A DNA stretch of 63,484 nucleotides, filler included, from Dugesia japonica (Eukaryota), in assembly GCA_001938525.1 (NCBI GenBank). It is 6 parts of 6 records of this genome, joined end to end, with 100 filler letters (N's around TTAATTAATTAA, not from the genome) between each part and the next. Parts side by side here need not be neighbours in the genome. Positions count along the whole stretch, not along the records: positions 44,971 to 55,319 come from MQRL01548782.1; positions 55,420 to 63,484 come from MQRL01623149.1; 4 more parts are not named here. One strand, written 5' to 3'. The translations under genes and the position numbers were made by a program. The notes under the pieces are model-generated. The model made no database searches and was not told where the DNA came from. It worked only from the letters and a program-made list of their open reading frames with translations. This document shows, one piece after another, positions 48,525 through 60,725 of the stretch; positions within the stretch are counted from its first letter, which is position 1, and each line of letters opens with the position of its first letter.

Positions 48525-50199
48525 AAATGTAAAGTTAGATGCACCGGTATTTCCTATCGAAAAGACTTATTTGGCTTTTTTTATAATTCAGGTTAGTTTT
48601 GATTATGGCTAAATGGACACGATATCCTGATATGATAATCTTTGTATAATATAGCGCTTGAAATTAGTATTATTTAGATTTGTCCTTATTAAGTTTCGAA
48701 TAATTGATGTAATGAGAGTGGAATCTAATATCAAGAGCGCTTATCGTTTAATTATGTCTTTGCATAATTCTATGATTATTATTTAATTTTTATTTAGTTA
48801 TTTAATTATTTAAATACTAAGATAAATTTGTTGATGATTGAATGGTAGTTTTGCGAATTCTTCATAAATACATGTTTGGTGTAGTCTAATACTATTTCAT
48901 AAAGAGTTAGCTCGTTTTGTTCAATATATAAAGTTAATAATTTTAAGAGTTTTTTAAAAGAGTTTAAATTATTTAGAGTGATCAACTTTTTACAGTATGA
49001 CTTCACTAGTTAATGGTATAATTATGCTATTTACTAATGTTTCAAATTAAGGTGGAAAATAATTTGGAAATAATCGATTGTAATAATATTAACAGTAATA
49101 CTTTGTTATGAAATAATGTTAATGCTGAATTAAATAATTCATCATTGTCGACACACGCTACTTCAAATCAAGCAAAATAATGTCTAACGCATAGTGAAGG
49201 AGGAAGTAGAAATCACTGAGAACAATAAGGGACTAAGTTATCACAGCGGAATTCTTACTCTTCCTTCACCCATATAATAATGATATGAAGTGATAACTAG
49301 TATTGAAAATGGATTTGAGTCATAAATTGAATTTGGTGAATTAAATTTTGTTGCTTTGTAATATACATTTTCGTGATTTAGATATCAAGAAAAATAACTG
49401 TAAAATAGGCCAAGAAATCACTCTACGGATGGAACTTTACAGCTGGAATATGCAATAACATGCCAACTCTGTATGATTCCTGAACAGATAATGCTACGGA
49501 TAAGGAGTCTTGGTGGGTTACTGCAGACAGGTTCTGATTAAAGAACTTGGAAATTCAGGACAAAGATAACGAAAAAATCGTCCTAAGGTCGCAAATAACA
49601 GAATTACAAGGATAACTCCGTCAGAAAGAGGAGAGCAACAAACAACGGGATGGCGCTCTTGCTGATTTATTATATCTGGTCTCTCGACATCTACAAAATC
49701 CGCCAATAATCAAGGAGCACGGTGTAGTGTATGAAATACTACTCCTGTCTCATAATCAAGCAGGTAAAAGGTTGAACCATCATATTGAGCAAACGACGCC
49801 GACTCTGGTAGCACAATTAGAGCCTTAAATCGAAGAAGAGACAGCAATGTAACATATTATCAGTTAAAATGTCAAAAGTATTAACAGATTCTGTTCGTCG
49901 ACTTTTGTAAATTGACTTTTAAATGATCTATCGAATGATGAATTTATAACAGATATAAATAATGATAAGAAAATGAGAAATGTGCTTGAAAAATTCTGAT
50001 AATGAAATAATGGAGAATGTCATACATAAATTTCTATTACAATTATTCGATAACTATCTAACATTATAGAGCATGATAAATATGTTTTAATTGCTAAACA
50101 ACAATTTTTGCAACAAGAATCAAGAACAAGAACAACAAGAACAAGGAGCTCTAGGATAGGGAAAGTATCACGAAGCGGAAGAAAACCACTGAAAGATAG

Positions 50200-51070
50200 G
50201 TTAGGTGTGAGCCGACACAATAAGCTTGCACTCATCGAAACTTATCAGATGATGTCCGACATTTAGAAAGCTTGAATCTCAATTTAAAACTTTTGCTACA
50301 CCATTTGCAGTGAACACAGGTAGTGTTCCAGATGAACTACAGACGGAGATATTGAAACTTCAATGTGACACTATTCTGAAACAGAAGTATATCGCTATTG
50401 ATCTTGTAGATTTCTATATATGCTTCAAAGCGAGAAATATCCAAATTTACTCGCTATGTGTGCCAGGATGATGTCAATGTTTGGTAGCACATCTTTGTGC
50501 AAACAAATCTTCTTATCAATGAGGATTAACAAATCTGTTCTGCCGTCGAGAATCACTGATGAACATTTGCTGGCAACCTTACCACTGGCTGTATCCCATG
50601 ATATCAAGCCCAATTTTGACTCTCTGATAAATGCAAATTGTTGTCAACTGAGTAGATAGAGTGACGAATAAAAAAAAATTTAATAAACAAAGTTTGGCAG
50701 ATTTATTAGAATAAATGTTTTTATGGTCATTTAATTTTTTTTAGAATAATATTTCTATGGTTTCCAATAATTAGCCTACTAAATGTCCTGAACATATAAT
50801 ATGAATAATAAAATGAAATATTTATGAAGAATTTCAGCCAATAGAAATAAGTTAAAGTGATTAATTTATTCAAAAGTAAATAATCTTTGTAAGATTTAAC
50901 TAACAAATACAATATAATATAATTATATTATACTATTACTAATACTATTACTAATAGTGTTGTATACAGTGGAACAAATTTTTACAGTGAGTTACAGTAT
51001 TAATGTGAGCTGCTGAATAACGAATTCGATCTAATGCTAACCGAGGGATCATTTGAGTTTGAGACCCATG
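50200..51070 (+). mobile_element. 3' part of a hAT Charlie/SPIN-like (GTF2IRD2-type) transposon
   Basis: FATPFAVNTGSVPDELQTEILKLQCD..KYPNLLAMCARMMSMFGSTSLCKQIFLSMRINKS..SRITDEHL; right TIR TTTGAGTTTGAGACCCATG ends at 51070. Confidence 0.88.
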
Positions 51071-51107
51071 AGTTAGATGAACAACATTATAAAATGTTTG
51101 ATTATTT

Positions 51108-51123
51108 TTATTATTATTTTTAC

Positions 51124-51174
<51 letters not shown>

Positions 51175-51190
51175 CATTGTTATTATTATT
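51108..51190. repeat. (TTA)n microsatellite
   Basis: Directly visible. Confidence 0.95.
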
Positions 51191-52429
51191 CAAAAAAATT
51201 TGAATATTTTTAAATGTTTGTAAACAAAGAATTTAATTAAAACATTTAATGTTTCATTTGATTAGAAAGTTGTTGAATTAAATTATTTAATTAGACAGAC
51301 ATTATATACACAAGTTTATGTAATAGTTTTTCTGTGATTAATTACCGATAAAAAATAAGATAGATTTCGATTGGTTGAATTTATCAATATGAAACATACA
51401 AACTAAATTAAATTATTAATATTTCAGAAAATGTCAGATTACATTCAAGAAAGTTTTGAAGATCAGAAAGAATCAGATAATAGCGAAAAATTGAAACAGA
51501 ATGGTTATAGAAAACATGTTTGCATGATATGGAAACCAAATATGATGATACAGATATTAAACATACTAAGGAATATGATGATTCTAAAGAAAATTTAAAT
51601 AATGAATATATAGAAATTGTTGTAGATAATAAAATAGACGAAAAAGTTAATATTTCATTTAAATTATATTAATCATTCAATTATTGTTTTTAAGAAATAG
51701 TTCTTAAAATATTGGAAGTTCAGTTCCCAAATTTTAAGAATGATTCAGTATACTGGACACCAAAAGTATACTGGTACAAAATAAAAGAGCTTTGTTCCTT
51801 CAATGCACATGACTGCTACGCACGATTAAGACTTGAAAGGATAATAAAACATTTAATCAAATAAATATTAACCATTACTTTGTTGCATTTTTAAATATTT
51901 GTTATTTAATGGTTTTTTTTCTCTGATTGTTTAATAGTACTTGGAGAATTCACTTGATTTTCCAATGTTTTTATATAATTTTATAGTCCATTTTATGGTA
52001 AATATTTTTATTGTTTCTCACTTTAAACCTGCTTTTACCCTATTTTAAAGCTAAATCTCTATTTTCAGATCAATTTTATCATTTTCGGGTCAATTTCACA
52101 ATTTTGAGCTGTTTTGCTCTATTTTACATTATTTTTTACTATTTATTTTGAACTATTGTTGTAAAACGTTTTCAATATTAATAATTTAATTTATTGGATG
52201 ATTACGTAATATGACAAACCATTATCAATATGTTATTCTTTAATTTACTGGATAAAGAATTGAGTCCATAAAAATATGAGTTTATTATGAATATAGATAT
52301 TCTTTTCAATAAAATCCTTCACTATTTGTCTTCATATTTGCTTACTTATTAGCATCCTTTCGTGCACCTTGGTTTTCCTGGGTTTCATTTTCTTTTAAAT
52401 ACCAGATTAGCAATAACATTGTTAGTAAC

Positions 52430-52530
52430 ATCATATATTTATATATATATGTGTGTGTGTCCGTGTCTGTATGTGTTTAATAGACAACAGGGACTTTACA
52501 TCAAAATATGGGTTTTTTATGAAAATATTT
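52430..52530 (+). mobile_element. Possible 5' end of a non-autonomous Helitron/Helentron-like element
   Basis: TC-(TA)n followed by tgtgtgtgtccgtgtctgtatgtg microsatellite, as often seen at such termini; no 3' end identified. Confidence 0.3.
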
Positions 52531-52862
52531 GTTTTACCAAGAAAATAAGTCTATTAAAACTGATGCATTTAATAAACCAATTGTTGCAAGTGTTGCAGTT
52601 TTATCTAGGTGGGCTGATTTTTTAATGACACAAAAATGACACAAACATTTCTAACACTGTAAAAAAATGACACAAACGTTTTAATTTTCAATGTTCCTGA
52701 GTAAAAGAAATGAAAAAAATGTAAAAAAAATGTAAAAGAATGGAAAATAAATCTAAAATTTAATAGAACCTTTTAAATAGAACTTTTTATCAATCAAACG
52801 AAATAATTCAGTCAATCATCCACATATTTTTAACCTTAATTTGATAAAATCCTTTGAAATAT

Positions 52863-52936
52863 GGTCTTAATGATCTAGTTGTAAGAGCGTTCTTTTTCAA
52901 CTCATCAGTGGTGGGTTGAAATTCAAAGAATGACCA
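52863..52936 (+). pseudogene. Degenerate tRNA-like sequence (tRNA pseudogene or SINE head)
   Basis: 74 nt, GGTC..GACC-A acceptor-like ends, A-box-like TGATCTAGTTG and B-box-like GGTTGAAATTC at tRNA spacing; anticodon arm unpaired. Confidence 0.55.
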
Positions 52937-53329
52937 TTTATTTTACACTTTCTTTTTCGGATTTTACCAGTTTCCTATAAGGATTGGCGATTTTAAGTGA
53001 TTATATTAAGAATCAGCAAAACATTCTCTATTTAATAGATACTTTGATGTTCAAATTTGAGATACTTTATATTTTTGCTTATTAATATCATTGGTCCTCG
53101 GGGACTTCCAAATGAAGTACATGTTTTTCAATATAACTTTATCTTCTATAAGGTTTGATAATTGTATGTAATGTTTATCATGTCAGTCAAACATTCTCTA
53201 TAGAATAGATACCTAGTTGTCTAATTTTGAGATACATTTTCACCAGTTTACCTCAAAGATTTAAAATATATTTCTAAAAACTTGAAAATTTAAACAAATT
53301 AGATTTTTCCATGAAATTCTGTAAATATT

Positions 53330-53960
53330 CAACCCAAACTGAGAAACCCGAGGAAATTATCGTTCCAATTCACCTAAAATTACTCTTGTGAGAAAACAAA
53401 TGACGGAGATTATCTAAAAATTACCCAAACTGACAAGACCGAGGAAATAATTGACCAAATTGCACCAAAGCTATCGAAATTAACCAAGCATTAGTACAAA
53501 TTCAATGGAATTGCCCAAAATTTACTCAGATTTCCTATTCACGAGGAAATATTCAATCAATTTCACCTAAGACAACAAAAAATTGACCTCATTCGACCTC
53601 ATCAAATTAATTCCCAACCAAAAAGCTTGAAAAAATTTTTAGCACCTAAAAAGCCTAAAAAATATAACCGCTTAAAAAGCCTAAAATTTCAAAATAAATC
53701 GACCAACTTTTAAAAATACGAGAGTAACTATATTTTGAAAATCGAGTTGAAATTTTGCTGTGGTTGGTAATAATTTGTCTAAAAATCTTTTATTTAAAAA
53801 GATTTAAATTGTAGATGAAAATTTAAATAACGAATGAGTATTTGATTTTAAATTTTAAAATGACTATTTTATAATAAACTAAAAAGTTTGTTGAAAAGTT
53901 TGAACGAAAAATTTAAATAACGAATGAATATTTCCTTTTAAATTTTAAATGACGAATTAA
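53330..53960. repeat. Decayed tandem repeats of about 90-bp period
   Basis: acccaaactga..cgaggaaat units recur about three times (53330-53580); aaaatttaaataacgaatga..ttttaaatttta twice (53818-53955). Confidence 0.6.
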
Positions 53961-54872
53961 TAATAAAGTAAAATTTTTAAATAATTTGAAAAATGATCAC
54001 CAATTAAAACATGGGATTTTAATTGGTTATAATAAACAAATAGTGTTGGATATAATTTTTGTTTTGTAAATAAATATTTTATGAAAATGAGTTTTGGTAT
54101 TAATGATGCGATGAGTACTTCAAACTCATCTAACAACGAGCAAAAGTTATGAAATTGCCCCCTAAATAGCCTAAATTCTGAACCACTTAATCCATTGTGT
54201 AATAATGTCACCGACAAAATTACTCTAATTTTTTAATGCACACTAATGTGTGCTACCACCTATTTTCATTAGAAAATTCTAAATCACTTGTAATAATCTT
54301 TGCACACCATGGAAGGGTTGAGATTAAGCTAGTATCCCCATACTATAGAAGATTCTCCAGTTTGTATTAATGCAGATTAGTATGTTTATAAAGGCGTATG
54401 TAATGTGTTGTTCCTGGAGCCTCGTTAGTACATTAATGATCCAGCGTCGCCTGTTAAGTCAGATCTGTTATACAACTGATCTACACGGCCAAGCCCAGCA
54501 TATATTTATTTATAATGGAGGTTATTGTGGTTAACATTAACTAAGACTAGCATGTTAATCACAACGTACTTTATGCGTGTTGTTTCCTTAAAATTGTCAG
54601 TGTTTTAATGTTAATTTTAATTTTACAAGCAATAATGAATTTTCAAATTAATTTTATCAGTTGTTCTATACCGAACTTTCTAACAAACACCAGATAAACT
54701 AAATTTTCCAATGAATTCATTAACAAATCAAAAGATCAACCAATAATATCACGCCATATAATTACCATGTATAATTAAATAAACATCTTGCAAAATAACT
54801 ACAAAAGTGAAACCATTAAAACTATGATTTTCATTAATGTAATTTTGATATTTTTTCAAAATGTTCACCAAA

Positions 54873-55319
54873 TTATTTATGAAAATTTGCCAATAAAATG
54901 AAGAAAAACAATTGCGAAATTGAAACAATTAATTTATTTGATTTCTTTTTATTGCCTTCAATCATATGAGTATTTCCATAATATAATAAATCATGTAAAC
55001 AATTTCCTAAATAAACAACATTTCTTTCATCCATCGAAAGATAATTATTGAATTTAAATTCTTCTGAAAAATATTGTAAAATTTCTTCGTTTTTAATTCG
55101 ATCATCTTTAAATATGTAAAACGATTCTATGAAACAATCTGATCTAGAAATGAGATTTGTTTGATTTTCTTTCACAGTTTTAAGATTATTCAAATCTTTG
55201 TAAATATAAAATGTAACATTATGATAAATTATCTTCTCATTTATCGAATCTGTTTCATAGGAAAACATCGAAATCCATCGAATATTATTATACGATTTAT
55301 AAATAGTTTTATTTAAAAC
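54873..55319 (-). CDS. 5'-truncated hypothetical protein or pseudogene fragment
   Basis: Frame is open from the scaffold edge (VLNKTIYKSYNNIRWIS-MFSYETD..) for about 148 codons in very AT-rich DNA, with a hydrophobic C-terminal segment. No family recognised. Confidence 0.4.
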   Translation of the reverse strand, partial: VLNKTIYKSYNNIRWISMFSYETDSINEKIIYHNVTFYIYKDLNNLKTVKENQTNLISRSDCFIESFYIFKDDRIKNEEILQYFSEEFKFNNYLSMDERNVVYLGNCLHDLLYYGNTHMIEGNKKKSNKLIVSISQLFFFILLANFHK

Positions 55320-55419
55320 NNNNNNNNNNNNNNNNNNNNNNNNNNNNNNNNNNNNNNNNNNNNTTAATTAATTAANNNNNNNNNNNNNNNNNNNNNNNNN
55401 NNNNNNNNNNNNNNNNNNN
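55320..55419. other. Artificial scaffold-joining spacer
   Basis: N44-TTAATTAATTAA-N44. Confidence 0.95.
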
Positions 55420-57689
55420 AAGTGTAATTCATTAACAAAATTTAACGTAAATATAAATTATTATTTCAGATTTAAATTTGGATTATTTAATTTTGTTGGA
55501 ATTTTATTATTGAATTTTCATGTAATTCTGGTATGTATTTCAGGTTATTATTTTTAATTTATTTAATTTTGGATTTTATTGACAAAGTTAATTTAATTTA
55601 TATTTTATTTACATTTTATAAATAAAGTGTTTTTGATGAATTTTGATTTGGTATAAATACCGGGTTGAAATTCATTATTTTCACCCTTTTATTTTAAAGC
55701 GAAAAACGTTCAAGCCTTCTGAGGTTTACAACGAAAGCTCAAAATAATAANTCGTAAAATCTTTGTAAAGACATTGTGTTATTTAATTATATTTTGCAAA
55801 AGTAATTGTTTTAATTCTATTTAATAGGAAACACGATATAGCTTATTTATAATATATAAATTTGTCTATAGTAAACGTATTAAGTCTTATAAGAAAATCT
55901 TTTTGAATAAAAATATATTGAGATTAATAGAATTTAAAATAAATTATTTAAAACTCAAGTATCTCCAAGTATCTCAACAAAAAGTCAATAACAAAATTAA
56001 TAATTAGACAAATATAATTGAGGGAAAATATAAAAACAATCAAATTAAAAATAATATTGAAAGATAATTGAAAATAACAAGAAAAATTAATTAATTATTC
56101 CGAAAAAAGGAAATTAATTATGAAGAAAGTTTGAAAAAGGAGAATAACTTCCCTCAGGAAGATCTGAGGAAGTCAGGGAAAGAAAAATCAAGAAGCTGTC
56201 AACCTGATCTTTCTCCCAGTAAGAATTTCTTTTTTTTTCTCGTCAACTCAGATGGAACCCCAACATAAATACTGATCTGTTTCAGTAATTGAACAGACAT
56301 TTTTAAACTGAGTATCCAATATCTTTGAGCGGCATTCTCCTTTTTAAAAAAATCTGCTTGCTAAGTTAATAATGAACTTATTATATTTGTATACACCAAA
56401 AATATTATTTTTAATCAAAGTGTGTATTATTTATTTCCTATAAGGCTATTACACAATATTTATATTTGCTTAATATATTGCATTTATATAGTACCGTATC
56501 AACATAATTGAGGAACAACTAATACCCATAAAATCGATCCTATTTAAAGCGACTATTAGTTTTAACGTTCGAACCTCTTCGAACTCTTTGTTGAGTAGAA
56601 ATACCCAACAACTCTAAAATTGCTAATAATCCACCATGCAAGTTTCTTTGTAAAAATCTTCACTTGTATTAAGTTAAATTAATTACACATTAATAATTTT
56701 TAAATTTATGTATTTATTTTAAAATTTTTCTTTAATGTTGTTCTAATTTGTAAAATTTTAAAAAATTAATGAATCATAATATTCATACGCATTTACTTAA
56801 AATAAACGTTTTAGATAAATATTACGGAATGGCAACAAAATAATGAATTCGAAGACATTCAAAGACAATTTCATGGAATTACATTTTTTTTTGATTTAAA
56901 AGAACTTTCAATCAAAATTTTGCCGAACATTGATGAATTAATAATTGCCAAGGATACTCAATATGGATCTAAATTCATAAAATAGTATCAAGGAAATGAA
57001 TTACAAAATAAAAAATCTGGTGTTATCTGAAATAGATAATTGAACGTATTCCCTTACTTTGTATATTTTTAGATATTTATAAGAAATAATGAAAATTTTT
57101 GTCAATAAATTGTATTTGTTTTTTTCAAAAATAACTCATCCACTTTTAATAATTTCCCACTTTACATTTTTTCAAAGAATTTAATGAGTTCCCTGGGGGA
57201 TTTTTAGAAGTTTAAGAGTATTATCATTATTATTATTATTATAAACATTATTATTATTAATATTATTATTAATATATTATTATCATCATCATTATCATTG
57301 TTATTTTAATTTTAATTATTATAAATATTAATAATATTTTTTACGCGTAAAATTTCTAGTACTATAATAAAGAAAATAGAATTTATTGTTGGAAATAAAT
57401 ACTTTACTATTCTCAAAAACCATTACATGATCAATAAATATAAGTGAAACCGAAGCCGTGACATCTTACTTCGCTCTATTATCAAAAAAAAAGAATCCTA
57501 TTTTAATCTTATTTTAATGAAACATTCTATTATCCAGAATGCTCCAATCCCCAAACATTCCGCATAACAGAGCTTTAACTGTATTACTTAACTGTATTAT
57601 CAAATCAAAATATAATGCTCACCAATAAAACCCCAAAAATGTAATGTATAAAGTGTCTTGAAAAAAATATAAATACTGAATTTAATCCA

Positions 57690-58120
57690 GCTCTGGAAAA
57701 CATAATCATTTTCAAAATTTCTAAGGGAATATGATATTAAATTATATCATACTAAAAGAATCCCACAACACTCAAGTGATTTTCGATAGAAATCAGTTAT
57801 TGCAGAAAAATTTAATAGAACACTTAATAAAAGGTAAAATTCGAAAATTATTTACAATACAAGGATCTAAATTTTGTAATATTTATATTTTAAATGATTT
57901 AGTAAATAATTACAATTATTTGATAAATTATTTAGGTATCCTCAAATGAAGCCTCTGAAAATCCAAATTAAATATTAAAAAAACTATTATTAAAACTATT
58001 ACCAAACCAATAAAAACTATATTTAAATTAAAAATGGCGACTATGTACGAGTAATAACATCCGCATTAAAACATTTACAAAAGGATAAACTGTAAAGTGA
58101 AGAAGAAAAATTTATTTGAG
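57690..58120 (+). pseudogene. Maverick/Polinton-type integrase remnant
   Basis: Across frameshifts: NHFQNFLREYDIKLYHTK..KSVIAEKFNRTL..KGKIRKLFTIQGS..ILNDLVNNYN..NGDYVRV..KTFTKG. This follows the Maverick integrase order ERFNRTLK..LV..YN..GD.VRI..F.KGY. Confidence 0.75.
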
Positions 58121-59373
58121 TAATATTGAATATTGAGATTAGTATTATAAAAAATATTATTATTATCATTTAAAATATTGTAAAATCATCTATCATTGCT
58201 GCATGTTAATATTATTATTATGTATAATGATCATTGATAATAGTTAAGGTCACCCTAATGACATTTGAATTTAAAATAAAAGCAACAACGATGAGTAATT
58301 TTGAAATTAAAAAAAGTCATCGCTGCAGAACAAAAGCAGTGTATCGGAACAGCAGTGCAGTACTAAAAAATAATGTAAATTTGGAACCTTAAAGCATCGG
58401 CAGACTATCAACACAATTGATTTAAAATTTAAATAACGATGAGTAAAGTTAAACGTTTCGGAAGGTGCACCAATCGAATGAAAATATAATAATCTGTGAG
58501 AAAGATGAAAATATAATTTCGTTCTAGAGTATGATTACAAGGTTGGCTGTGTAGAAAATCATAGCACACTAAGAAAAACGGAATCACTATAAATAAAAAA
58601 CGATCTTAAACAAAAAATAACACTAAAAACTTTGAATTTCACTTGCGTTCTCAAAAGCTTATCAAGTATTCGAAGTAATTGGAGAACGATCAATCGAAAT
58701 CAGAGGATCGATTAAGTATCTAAAACAAAAAGTAAATACAGAAAGTTTTTAAATGCAACCCGAGATCATCCGCCCATCGGACCGAATTAAATGCAACTTA
58801 AATGAATACACAAGGATAATGAATAGAACAGAGTAGTGCAAGCAAGGTGCTTGTTCATTAAACAAGAGAAACAGAATTAAAATGTGAAGTATCAACGATT
58901 TCGAATTGGGTAGATGAAATTAAATTAGTAGAATGTTAATGATAGCATATGAAGAAAGAATAATAAAGATGAAATAAGTTAAATGATTAACGTCAGGAGT
59001 AGCAAGTGTGAAGTTGGTGAAATAGATAAATGGTGATGTGAGTTGTACTGATCGGACTTCTGGTGATGATTGAAGGTGGTAAGAGTGTTTTTGTCTTCTG
59101 TTAAAAGTAATTTTTGTGATGATAATGTTAGATTTGTAATTATGAATTTGTAATGACAATGATAATTTGTTAACTTTAATAGATTTTAGTTTAATTATTT
59201 TTTATTATTTTATGAAGAGCAATTTATTTTATTTGATCAAACTAGCTTTAATTTAAGGATTATTCAGTCTTTAACTCTTGTTTATACAATATTGAAATTA
59301 TTAAGTTTTACACTTAACAATAACATCGAAATAAAGTTAATCTAATTTCTTTAAGAATTAGTATTCATTATAG

Positions 59374-59450
59374 CAGTGTTCTTCAACTTGCGTTCCGCAA
59401 AACAATTTAGGAGTTCCGTGAAAAAATTTTAGGTTTCGAAAATGCTGATT
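59374..59450 (+). mobile_element. hAT Charlie-type MITE left end
   Basis: CAGTGTTCTTCAACTTGCGTTCCGC..GAGTTCCGTG. Confidence 0.5.
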
Positions 59451-60670
59451 TTTTTACTAATTTTAAACTTAAATAATTTCTTTTAAACTGGCATAATTAA
59501 TTAATTTTTCCATTCTTAATTTCTGATTTTATTTTTCATAATAAATAATTGATTTGATTATTTCTATAATTTCTTTATAATTAAGGGTAATTTACCGTTA
59601 ATTTGTCAATAGTTTTTATTATTTTCTTTATATTTTCCTATTTTCCCGATCTTCTTTTGGCTAGTTATTCGAGATTTATTATCAAAAGGAAAGTTATTAT
59701 TAATAAACTCTTCTACTTCATTTTACTTCTTCTTCAATAACCAAAGCTTGGCCCCCATGATTATAAATTCTTCTTTTAATCATGTGTTTCACCCCAACAT
59801 TATTATTATTATCTTTGTTGGGGTGAAACAAGAGGAATCGAAAAACAGTACAACAGTATAAATAGTCATTATTGGGGGGATAAAACCAAATTATAATAAA
59901 ATTAAAATAAATCAAAGAATTACGAAAATAACATATGAAATACAATACAGATCTTTAACTAAGACAAAATTAATTATAGAAATAAATCCGAAAATTAAAT
60001 AAATTAATAATAATGAAAATGAATTAATTAATTTCAAGAGCTTTAACCAGAAAAGAAATAACTTTGAATTCAGACATCGGAAAGTTGTAGAAAGAATATT
60101 GCAAGAGGTAGTAACACAGGAAATCATCAAGAAGATCAAAGTTCAAGCCCTTAAGGATAAAGAACAAAACGGAGTGAAAATGAGTCAATCAAATGCATTG
60201 AAAGAGATCATACTGCCAAACCTTACACGCGACAATTGATAAACAAATCAGTAAGATAACTTAAAATAGAGACCAATAAATATTAGTAAAATATCGAACC
60301 ATGACCTTGAACAAATAAAAAATAGGGGATTGACGGAAATATAGCTATAGAAAGCCAGAAAACAAATGATATTGGAATAAAATCTCTTTTATTTGCATAC
60401 ACGAGAATTCTTGACAAGTACATATTGTAGATTATATTATAATTACGTATAATAACTAAATTTTATTTGAAATGATATTGTTATTCTATAATATATATTT
60501 CCTTATTACATTTCGAGGATTTAATTCTGTTTTAAAATTCTATTTTTTTCTTTATAATAGAAATAATAGAAAGAATATCATCATAAACCCTCTCTTGATT
60601 GGGAATAGGATTCGCATCACCTGACATAATTCGGATTGTAAATTTTTTACCTTTTTAGTTGCATAATAAA

Positions 60671-60723
<53 letters not shown>
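60671..60723. repeat. (AAT)n microsatellite
   Basis: Directly visible. Confidence 0.95.

Positions 60724-60725
<2 letters not shown>

Noticed and set aside
49150-49860. Coiled-coil, gag-like text (also about 58250-58900 and 59950-60400)
   Set aside because: Probably retroelement debris, but no diagnostic motif could be read.
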